Source: Elusimicrobiota bacterium
GTDB taxonomy: Bacteria > Elusimicrobiota > Elusimicrobia > UBA1565 > UBA9628
Assembly: GCA_027452025.1 (NCBI GenBank)
Contig: DAIDHI010000080.1
Span: 58-64,057 of the forward strand
Length of the DNA stretch: 64,000 nucleotides
Reading direction: 5' to 3'
Under the pieces are notes generated by a model, which was not told the DNA's origin, searched no databases, and saw only the letters and a program-made list of their open reading frames with translations. This document shows, one piece after another, positions 30,630-38,084 of the stretch (the first letter of the stretch is position 1; the number at the start of each line of letters is the position of its first letter). A program made the position numbers and the translations under genes.

Positions 30630-32612
30630 TCAGCTGGCCGCGGCGGAAAACGCGGCGAAATCGCTCATGCGAGGCATCTTGCGCACATAGGCGACGGCCT
30701 GCATCCGGTCGAGCGCGAGGCGCTGGGCGACCGGCAGGCTCGACATGGGCATGGCCAGGAAAAGGAAAGAGTCGTCCTCTTCGAAGACCCAGCGCCGCTT
30801 GACGAGGTCTGCGAGCGCCCGGCGCACGCGCTTGGCCGAGCAGCGGGGAAACTTTTCTTGGCAGGCCCGCAGGACGCCGGGGAAGGGACGGATCTCGTCG
30901 CAGGCTTCCAGGATCGCGGCCTCAAGGCCCGTGACCAGGCGCTGCCGGTGCTCGATGCGCCGGGAAAGCCCGAGCGGACGCGAGTCGTAGACCTCCATGA
31001 AGCCGAGGCCCTTGCGATAGGCGAAATAGTTCTTCTGGTAGATCCGCTGCCAATGGTCGAATATCGGGCGTATCACGGGCTCGGCGTAGTCAGCCGGATC
31101 CGGCTGCCCTTCGACGCTCGGCGCCTCGAAGAAGTAGGCGATCTCGCCGCGCTTGAAGCGCGGCTCTGGGTAGAGGAAACGGTATTCCTCCATAGGCACG
31201 GGCTCCCGCAGCCCGAAGCGCCGCCAGTCGAAGTAGTAGGGGCTGAAGCGGTCGACCCGGATGACGTGGGCGTAAAACGGCGGCTGCAGGTGCGTCGCCG
31301 CCGCCATCGTATCGGCGATCCTGCGGTACTCGTCGGGCGACTCGCCGGGAAAGCCCCACAGCATCCCCCACGTCAGCTGAATGCGGCCCGCGCAGGCCTT
31401 GAGCGCCTGGAGGTTTTGGATGGTCTTGACGCCCTTGCGCATCAGCTTGAGGACGGGCGTGCTGAAGCTCTCGATGCCCGCTTGGATCGCCAGGATTCCG
31501 GCCTCGTGAAGAGTCTCGATCTGGGCCGCCGTCAAGTTCGCCTTGGTCTCGAAAAAAACGTGCCACTCGAGCTTGTGCTTCTTGCGAAACTCCGCCAGGA
31601 CGGCGGTGAGGCTGGTGAGGTGCTCCACGCTCAGGATGTTGTCGCAGGCATGCAGCCGGTAGGTCTTGTATCTCTCGAAGAGGAAGGCGATCTCGGCGGC
31701 GACGGCCTGCGCCGGCTTGGCGCGGAACGTCATGCCGTCGCGGTTGAGCCCGCAGAACGTGCAGTGCTGCTTCTGCCCCCACCAGCATCCGCGGGAGGCC
31801 TCGAAAGTCACCTGCGGCGAGACCCACGATGCCATGCCCGAGGCCTCAAGCTCACGGAAATAGTCGTCGTGGTCGGGAACTGGCACGCGGCGCATGTCGG
31901 CCAGGCGCGTCTCAGCGGGGTTTCGGGAGACGACGCCCTCGCCTGTCCGCGCCGAGACATGCGGCATCCCCTTCGGGAGCCGGCCGGAGCGGATGTGCCG
32001 CAGCAGCGCCGGAAACGCCTCCTCGGCCTCGCCTTCGACGACGTAGTCGACCCACTCGCAGCCCTTGAGCGTCGCCACCCCCATCTCGCCGTCGCAATTG
32101 GCTCCGCCGAGGACGATCGTCGTTTTCGGATGCTTGCGCTTGATGAGGCGGGCCAGCGCCAGAGAGGCGATGTGATTGTGGAACATGCTGCTGAAGCCGA
32201 CGACGTCGTAGCGCCCCCAGGGGACGTCGGCCAGGCAATGCTCGAGGAAAGCCGGCACGTCGTCGCGCACGAGCCTGCGCAGGCGCTCGCGCGGAAATTT
32301 TCCAAGGTTCTTGGCGAACACGGGCTCGGCGAGGACGTCCTCGAGCTCGTCAGGCAGCTCCTTGAGGCCGCCCGGGCCGAAAAGATGATAGGCGAAGGCC
32401 CACTGCGCGAAATGCCCGTAGGGAGCGAGCGCGAAGGCGTCGAGAAGGTCGTCGGCCCACCGGCCGAAGCGCAAGTTGAGGTAGTGGACGTCGCAAGGCA
32501 TCCCTTCACGCGCGAGGACGCTTTTGAGCACGCCGACTCCGAGCGGAGGCCGGTCGGGCGCGGCCCAAGGCATGACGACCAAGGCGACGCGGAGGCTGCG
32601 CGGTTTGGACAT
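30630..32612 (-). CDS. B12-binding-domain radical SAM enzyme (class B; resembles RiPP C-methyltransferase-type)
   Basis: N-terminal LRVALVVMPWAAPDRPPLGVGVLKSVLAREGMPCDVHYLNLRF (cobalamin-binding-like Rossmann region), then SRGCWWGQKQHCTFCGLN (Cx7Cx2C cluster motif). 660 aa from ATG 32612. The listed 840-aa ORF has a junk N-terminus. Confidence 0.85.
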   Translation of the reverse strand: MSKPRSLRVALVVMPWAAPDRPPLGVGVLKSVLAREGMPCDVHYLNLRFGRWADDLLDAFALAPYGHFAQWAFAYHLFGPGGLKELPDELEDVLAEPVFAKNLGKFPRERLRRLVRDDVPAFLEHCLADVPWGRYDVVGFSSMFHNHIASLALARLIKRKHPKTTIVLGGANCDGEMGVATLKGCEWVDYVVEGEAEEAFPALLRHIRSGRLPKGMPHVSARTGEGVVSRNPAETRLADMRRVPVPDHDDYFRELEASGMASWVSPQVTFEASRGCWWGQKQHCTFCGLNRDGMTFRAKPAQAVAAEIAFLFERYKTYRLHACDNILSVEHLTSLTAVLAEFRKKHKLEWHVFFETKANLTAAQIETLHEAGILAIQAGIESFSTPVLKLMRKGVKTIQNLQALKACAGRIQLTWGMLWGFPGESPDEYRRIADTMAAATHLQPPFYAHVIRVDRFSPYYFDWRRFGLREPVPMEEYRFLYPEPRFKRGEIAYFFEAPSVEGQPDPADYAEPVIRPIFDHWQRIYQKNYFAYRKGLGFMEVYDSRPLGLSRRIEHRQRLVTGLEAAILEACDEIRPFPGVLRACQEKFPRCSAKRVRRALADLVKRRWVFEEDDSFLFLAMPMSSLPVAQRLALDRMQAVAYVRKMPRMSDFAAFSAAAS

Positions 32613-32657
32613 TTTGTTGCAAGGGGACGTCGCTGAAGTATTATAGTATATCGCCCT

Positions 32658-33209
32658 ATGGAGATCGTCGAGGAAGCCAGCGATATTTTCAGCTTTCAGC
32701 TCCTCTCGCCGAGCTATTGCCAAAAACTCGTCCGGTGGGCTTCGCGGGACCTCCGGTGGAATCGCGGGCGCGTGTACGCCGGTCCGCGGCGCCTGCAGGA
32801 CGCCGCCTCCCGCCGCTGCCTGGAGCGCACGGTCGCCGGCCTGCCCCCTCCCTGGAACGAGCTGGCGCAGGCTTGCCGCGAAAAGGCGCTTTCCGCGGCG
32901 CGGCTGTGCTGGCGCGAGCGCTTCAGGCGGCTGACCGGAGCGCGTCTGGTGCGCTACGACCCCGGCGGCTATTTCAAGATGCATTGCGACTTCCTCCCCA
33001 GCCTGCGGGTCAAGCCGCGCTTCCTGAGCCTGGTCTGCTATCTCAACGAAGACTTCTCGGGCGGGCGCACGGCCTTCCCGCGGCAAGCCCACGACATCGT
33101 CCCAAAGACCGGGAAAGCCGTCCTCTTCCCGTCCTCGATCACGCACCCTCACGAAGCCCAGGCCGTCCGAGAGGGGACCCGCTACGTGATCGTGGCCTGG
33201 GTCGAATGA
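32658..33209 (+). CDS. 2OG-Fe(II) oxygenase (prolyl-4-hydroxylase-like)
   Basis: YFKMHCD (HxD) ... ITHPHEA (distal His) ... RYVIVAWV, a double-stranded beta-helix pattern. 183 aa. Confidence 0.75.
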   Translation: MEIVEEASDIFSFQLLSPSYCQKLVRWASRDLRWNRGRVYAGPRRLQDAASRRCLERTVAGLPPPWNELAQACREKALSAARLCWRERFRRLTGARLVRYDPGGYFKMHCDFLPSLRVKPRFLSLVCYLNEDFSGGRTAFPRQAHDIVPKTGKAVLFPSSITHPHEAQAVREGTRYVIVAWVE

Positions 33210-33964
33210 GGGGCCGCCGCCCCGCGGTCTGCGTCGTCATCCCGACCTTCGACCGCATCGAGTTCCTCAAGCCCTGCCTGGAGTCCGTCTACGCGCAGAC
33301 GTTTCGCGGCTTCGAAATCGTCGTCGTGGACGACGGCTCGACCGACGGCACGGCGCGCTGGCTTGCCTCGCGGCGGCTGCCGCGCCTGACCTTGCTGCGC
33401 AACGCGCGCAACCGCGGCCCGGCCAGAGCCCGCAACCGCGCCCTCGCCGCGGCTTCGGCGCAGCTCTTGGCGTTCCTCGATTCGGATGACCTCTGGCGGC
33501 CCGGCTATCTGGACGCGATGACGCGCGCCTTTCGCGATCCGGGCATCGTGGCCGCGTTCTCGGGCTACGACCGCATCGACGAGCGCGGACGCCTGCGCCG
33601 CGGCGCCGGGCGCCCGCGCCGCAACCTGGCCCTGGAGGCGGTCGCGGGCCTCGAGACCCCGCCGCCGCCCTCGACGATGGTCATCCGAAGGCAGGCCTGC
33701 CGAGAGCTCGGCGGCTTCGACGAGCGCTTCGGACGGGTAAACGAGGACATCGACTTCCTGCTGCGCGCGGGCCTGCGCTACGGACCCGCCTCCTTCCGCC
33801 TCCAGCCGCGCAAGCTTGTCTTGCGCCGGCGTCATGGCGGCCAGATCAGCCGCCGCCTGCAAATCGAGCCTCTCGACACCGCCTGGCTCAACCTCAAGCA
33901 TCGCTGGTGGCTCGAGCTCCTGGCCGAAGGCGCTGGGCCCGGGCCCAGCGCGCTTAGGCCCTAA
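33206..33964 (+). CDS. glycosyltransferase family 2
   Basis: VCVVIPTFDRIEFLKPCLESVYAQTFRGFEIVVVDDGSTDGT ... FLDSDD GT-A motifs. The ATG overlaps the upstream stop (ATGA). Confidence 0.82.
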   Translation: MRGRRPAVCVVIPTFDRIEFLKPCLESVYAQTFRGFEIVVVDDGSTDGTARWLASRRLPRLTLLRNARNRGPARARNRALAAASAQLLAFLDSDDLWRPGYLDAMTRAFRDPGIVAAFSGYDRIDERGRLRRGAGRPRRNLALEAVAGLETPPPPSTMVIRRQACRELGGFDERFGRVNEDIDFLLRAGLRYGPASFRLQPRKLVLRRRHGGQISRRLQIEPLDTAWLNLKHRWWLELLAEGAGPGPSALRP

Positions 33965-34005
33965 GCCCCTGGGGCGCGCGGCGTGTTGCCGTTAAAATAG
34001 TCCAG

Positions 34006-35943
34006 ATGCTCAGAATATTGGCAGCTCTCCTGCTCGCCTGCCCGGCCGCCGCCGGCCAACTCCAGCAGGCCCCGGGGCCAGTCGAAGTCCCCTCTTTGCC
34101 CGCCGCGCAGGCCGCCGTTTTCCCGCGGCTCGACGCCCCGGCCGCGGCCGCGTCGCCCCAGGCGACGGCTTCCCAGGCGCCTCAAGCGCCCGCCGCGGCC
34201 GAAGCGGCGGAGCCGGCGGCCGCTCCGGCGCCGGCAGCCTTCGAGGCCCGGCCCTCCTTCGCGCGCCGCCTGCTCTATTCCAACTTCGCCGCGCGGCGCA
34301 TGGCGGCGCGCCTGCTCGACCGAAACCTTGGCTCCGCCCTCGGCGACCGGCTGTCATCGGAGCCGGCGCTGGCCCCTCACGCGCGGTTTTGGAGCGACCA
34401 ATCCGTGCGCATCGAGCTCGTCCCGGCCAAGGCCCTCGGTGCCTCGACGCGCGCGGCGAGCTACTCCCACAACCGGCGAGTCGTCCGGATCAACCGCGAC
34501 CGGGCCGCGCGCTGGCTCTGCGAGATCGCCGCCCAGGGAGCCCCTTTCGCGCAAGGCATCGACGTCCTGACCGAGAAACTCTTGCCGCTGCTGGCCCACG
34601 AGTTGCGCCACGGAATCACCAAGACCCAATGGCAGCGCGCCCTGGGCCATCGCCTCCCGATCGAGGCGCGCGAAAACGAGGTCCTCTCCTTCGCCGACGA
34701 GCTGCGCGTCTGGCAGGGGCTCAAGGATCGGCCGTCGGCGAGCGCCGAGCTCAGCCACCTCGACGAGCATCACCGGATCGTCGCCTCCTACTGGGCGCGG
34801 GACGGCTGGGCCGGTCTGGACTCGATCATCGACCAGGTGTATCGCCAGCCCGCCTTGCTCGGAGACCGGCAGGCCGTGCACGACGCCGCGCTCGCGGCCG
34901 CGGTCCGGACGCTCGGCGGCTCCGAGATCTCCGGCCTCCCCCAGACGCTCGCCGCGGCCTCCGGCGACGAGTCTTGGAGCCGCTTTCAGGAAGGCTTCCG
35001 CCCGCTCTATGAGGAGCAAAAGCGGGCCGTGGCGCCGGCGCCCGAGGAGACGCATCCGGCCTCGGCCATCGTCGCCGCGCTCAAGGCGACGGCGCTCAGG
35101 CGCCTGGCCTTCCGGCCTTGGGTCGTTCATCGCCTTCTGCCGCGCCTGCTCGGCGGCGCCGTGGTCAAGACCATGACCGCGGAGCTCGCGCGTCTCGCCT
35201 CGACCGGAGAGGAGGCCGCGTATCTGGCGCGCCAAGGTCCGGCGATCAAGCTCGACGGCGCTCCGCGCCTCGACGCGCACGACATGGCGCTCTACGACCG
35301 GGGCGCGCGCGACACGATCTATCTCAACCGCGACCGGCTGGGCGTCTGGCTGGCCTACCGTCTCATCGAGGGAGACTCGCCCAGGCAAGCCGCGCGCACG
35401 GTCGGCCTGAAGTTCCTTCCCACTCTCGCACACGAAGTGCGTCACGCGATCACCGACGGCCAATGGCTCGAGCGTTTGGGGTTCACCTTCATGGGCGGCA
35501 ACATCGAGACGGAGATGATCTCCCACGCGCAGACCGTCCGGGTCATCGGCGAGGTCAGGGCCAGGCACGAAAAGGAGCTTTCCTCGCGCCCGATCCCCGG
35601 ACTCGACGACCACCACGACGAGCTGCTCGAGCTTTGGCGGCAGGGCGGCTGGAGCGCCCTGGGCGCCTACGTGCGCCGCGAATACGAGACGCGCGTCTCC
35701 ATCCTCCGGACGGAGCGCGGCGAGCTCCACAACGTCATGAGCGCCATCGGCCTCGTCACCGCCGTGGGCATGTCCCAGGAAAAGGACGCCGCCGCGGCGA
35801 TGCGCGCCGTCTACGGCGACTTCCGCGCGTTTTTCTCCCAGCTCGACGACGCGGCCTCCTGGGAGGCCTTCCGCGGCCGCTTTTCCGGCGTCTACGCGCG
35901 CCAACTGCGCGCCGTCAGCCCCCGCCTTCCTTCCGCCCGCTGA
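34006..35943 (+). CDS. secreted protein with two tandem HExxH modules (hypothetical metallopeptidase-like)
   Basis: Signal peptide MLRILAALLLACPAAAG and an Ala/Pro-rich linker, followed by two homologous ~250-aa halves. Each half has ...NRDR...WL...LLAHELRHGI / LAHEVRHAI. Confidence 0.6.
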   Translation: MLRILAALLLACPAAAGQLQQAPGPVEVPSLPAAQAAVFPRLDAPAAAASPQATASQAPQAPAAAEAAEPAAAPAPAAFEARPSFARRLLYSNFAARRMAARLLDRNLGSALGDRLSSEPALAPHARFWSDQSVRIELVPAKALGASTRAASYSHNRRVVRINRDRAARWLCEIAAQGAPFAQGIDVLTEKLLPLLAHELRHGITKTQWQRALGHRLPIEARENEVLSFADELRVWQGLKDRPSASAELSHLDEHHRIVASYWARDGWAGLDSIIDQVYRQPALLGDRQAVHDAALAAAVRTLGGSEISGLPQTLAAASGDESWSRFQEGFRPLYEEQKRAVAPAPEETHPASAIVAALKATALRRLAFRPWVVHRLLPRLLGGAVVKTMTAELARLASTGEEAAYLARQGPAIKLDGAPRLDAHDMALYDRGARDTIYLNRDRLGVWLAYRLIEGDSPRQAARTVGLKFLPTLAHEVRHAITDGQWLERLGFTFMGGNIETEMISHAQTVRVIGEVRARHEKELSSRPIPGLDDHHDELLELWRQGGWSALGAYVRREYETRVSILRTERGELHNVMSAIGLVTAVGMSQEKDAAAAMRAVYGDFRAFFSQLDDAASWEAFRGRFSGVYARQLRAVSPRLPSAR

Positions 35944-36011
35944 GGGAACTTTTTTACCCCCTCGTTCGTATACCTAGGGTCGAGACCTTCGACAAGGAGG
36001 AGGAAGAAGCC

Positions 36012-36371
36012 ATGAAACGGACACGTTGGGCGTTGACGTTGGGCCTGCTGCTCGCCACCGCGGCGGCGACGCAGGCCAAGGGCCGCAAGGCGGATCAGGC
36101 TCTGCCGGACTCGGCGTTCGCGTCGATCGAGCAGGGGCCGCAGGGCCAGAAGATCCGGCGCCTGCCCTACCGCGACTCGTCGGGCGTGGTCGACCCCAAG
36201 CGCCTGCGCGCCGCGCTGCGCATGTGGAAGCGCGTCAAATGGCAGGACCCCACGGATGCGCAGCCGGCGCTGGCCCTGCTCACGCAGGCCAAGCAGCGGC
36301 TGTGCCAAGAGGGCAAGATGAAGTGCGGCAAGGGCCGCAAGAAGGGCAAGCCCAAGAAAGCCAAGGTCTGA
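36012..36371 (+). CDS. small secreted basic protein (hypothetical)
   Basis: AAGGAGGAGG SD, signal peptide MKRTRWALTLGLLLATAAATQA, Lys-rich C-terminus. Confidence 0.5.
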   Translation: MKRTRWALTLGLLLATAAATQAKGRKADQALPDSAFASIEQGPQGQKIRRLPYRDSSGVVDPKRLRAALRMWKRVKWQDPTDAQPALALLTQAKQRLCQEGKMKCGKGRKKGKPKKAKV

Positions 36372-36389
36372 GACGGCCGCGAAAGCGGC

Positions 36390-36426
36390 GCGGCCTCTCC
36401 GCTCGCGCGGAGAGGCCGCTCATTTT
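36390..36426. terminator. GC-rich hairpin between convergent transcripts (likely bidirectional terminator)
   Basis: 13-bp stem GCGGCCTCTCCGC / GCGGAGAGGCCGC with loop TCGC, followed on the + strand by TCATTTTA. It sits between the stop of the 36012-36371 gene and the 3' end of rnpB. Confidence 0.5.
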
Positions 36427-36797
36427 AGGGAGAGCCTGTACCCCGAATTCTGTTCCCCCCTCGCGGAGGGCGAGGATCATTTCTCTGATGCGGCTACCGA
36501 GGAGCCGCCCCGCCTCTCGGCGGGACCGCGCGGGCCGCGCGAGCTCCCACACTGCCTTGCTCCGGACGGGGTTTGCCGTGACGCCGTCCCTCGCGGGACG
36601 GCCGGTGGGCTCTTGCCCCACCTTTTCACCCTTGCACTCCGCACGGTCTGCGGAGTGCGGTTGTTCTCTGTGGCACTTTCCGTCGGCGAAGCGTATGGTC
36701 TTCGCCTCCCCGCCTTTCGACGGGCGTCCTGCCCTGCGGAGTTCGGAAGTTCCTCCCCCCGCGACGCGTCGCGGAAGGCGATCCCCCGGCTCTCCCT
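36427..36797 (-). ncRNA. rnpB: RNase P RNA (bacterial type A-like)
   Basis: The reverse complement contains GGAAAGTGCCACAGAGAACAACCGC, GCAAGGGTGAAAAGGTGGGGCAAGAGCCCACC, GGCAAACCCCGTCCGGAGCAAGG and ACAGAATTCGGGGTACAGG. P1 pairing is AGGGAGAGCC...GGCTCTCCCT. The ends are approximate. Confidence 0.85.
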
Positions 36798-36802
36798 AAA
36801 TC

Positions 36803-37540
36803 TTACGCCGCCGGAGCCGAGGCCTTGGCCAGGATCTCGGGGCGATAGAGGATGCGCTGGCAGCTCTCGCAGGTGACCAGGCTTTTGAGCTTGGTCGCCT
36901 CGACGATGACCTGGGGCGCCAGATTGATGCGGCAGGCGCTGCAGATCGCGGCCTCGATGGGCACCACGGCGTCCGGCTTGCCGCGGGAGCGGATGTGATC
37001 GTAGACGCGCATGGCCTGCGGAGGGATCGGAGCCGCGTCTTGGTCGCGCACGGCCTTGGCGGCGTCGTATTCCGCCTGGGCCTGCTTGAGGCGCCCCTCG
37101 TGGGCGGCGATCTCGGCCTCGAACTTCTTGGCCTCGGCGGCCACCTCGGCGGCGGCGGCCTTTTCGTCCTTGCGCGCCCCGTCGATCTGCTCCATCAGCA
37201 TCAAGATCTCGGTCTCGATCTCGCCGGCCGCCTGCTTGGCGAATCCGATCTCGGTCTGGAGAGCCTTGAAAGCCTCGTTGGTCTTGACCGTGTTGAGCTC
37301 GGCGCCGTGCTTCTTGGCCTGCTCTTCCTTCTGGGCGAGTTCGAGCTCCTTTTCCTTCTTCTTCTTTTCCAGGGCGATCGTCCTGGCCTTGGTCTCGCCG
37401 GCCCTGGCCTTCTCGGCCTCGAGCTGCGCCTTGAGATTGGCGATCATGACGGGAATCTTGTCCAGGACGGCCTTGAGCTTGTCGAGCGCGAAATCCTGCT
37501 TCTGGAGCTCGATAAGTTTAAGCAAGCTCTCCTTGTTCAT
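36803..37540 (-). CDS. coiled-coil / C4 zinc-ribbon protein (DUF164 family)
   Basis: A long coiled-coil (LKAQLEAEKARAGETK...) followed by CSACRINL...CESCQRILY, a Cys4 ribbon. Confidence 0.8.
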   Translation of the reverse strand: MNKESLLKLIELQKQDFALDKLKAVLDKIPVMIANLKAQLEAEKARAGETKARTIALEKKKKEKELELAQKEEQAKKHGAELNTVKTNEAFKALQTEIGFAKQAAGEIETEILMLMEQIDGARKDEKAAAAEVAAEAKKFEAEIAAHEGRLKQAQAEYDAAKAVRDQDAAPIPPQAMRVYDHIRSRGKPDAVVPIEAAICSACRINLAPQVIVEATKLKSLVTCESCQRILYRPEILAKASAPAA

Positions 37541-37565
37541 CGTTTTATTATACTATAGAAACGTC
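37541..37565. promoter_or_regulatory. 25-bp divergent intergenic region with face-to-face -10 boxes (candidate leaderless promoters)
   Basis: Sequence CGTTTTATTATACTATAGAAACGTC. On the - strand, TATAAT ends 6 nt before ATG 37540. On the + strand, TACTAT ends 9 nt before ATG 37566. No SD is present on either side. Confidence 0.35.
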
Positions 37566-38084
37566 ATGGCGGCCTCAAAAGTCGTTTTGCTCGTCGGCCA
37601 CGGGGGAATCCCCAAGGATTGCCCGCCGCAGCTCGTCTCCGAGTTCAAGCGCGAGGAGGCCCGGGCGGCCGGAAAGCCCTCCGCGCGCCTCCTCGAGCTC
37701 GACGCCCGCCTGCGCCAATGGCCCCGGACGCCGGAAAACGACCCCTATAAGCCCGGCTTGGAGGCCGTGGCGGCCTCCCTCGCCGCGGCCCTGCCGGAGC
37801 ACGACGTCGTCACCGCCTACAACGAATTCTGCGCGCCAAGCCTCGAGCAGGCCTTCGACGAGGCCGTGGCGGGCGGCGCCCGCCAGATCATTGTGATCAC
37901 CACCATGTACACGCGCGGGGGCATCCACAGCGAAAAGGAAATCCCAGCGATCCTGGAGGGCCTGCGCCGGCGCCATCCGGGAGTCGAGGCCCGCTACGTC
38001 TGGCCCTTCGATGCCGCGGCGATCGGGGAGTTCCTGGCCCGGGAAGTGCGCCGTACCGAGACGGACGCGCCGGCCCCGGCATGA
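37566..38084 (+). CDS. CbiX/SirB-type sirohydrochlorin chelatase-like protein
   Basis: VVLLVGHGGIP... and ...IIVITTMYTRGGIHSEKEIP match the small CbiX(S) pattern. 172 aa. Confidence 0.65.
   Translation: MAASKVVLLVGHGGIPKDCPPQLVSEFKREEARAAGKPSARLLELDARLRQWPRTPENDPYKPGLEAVAASLAAALPEHDVVTAYNEFCAPSLEQAFDEAVAGGARQIIVITTMYTRGGIHSEKEIPAILEGLRRRHPGVEARYVWPFDAAAIGEFLAREVRRTETDAPAPA

Noticed and set aside
30225-32636. 803-aa plus-strand ORF
   Set aside because: Antisense to the B12-binding radical SAM and GT2 genes, with no recognisable domains.
36026-36876. Track ORFs 36026-36799, 36280-36621 and 36613-36876
   Set aside because: The region is better explained by the RNase P RNA gene plus a terminator hairpin. 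The ORFs have no protein-like features.
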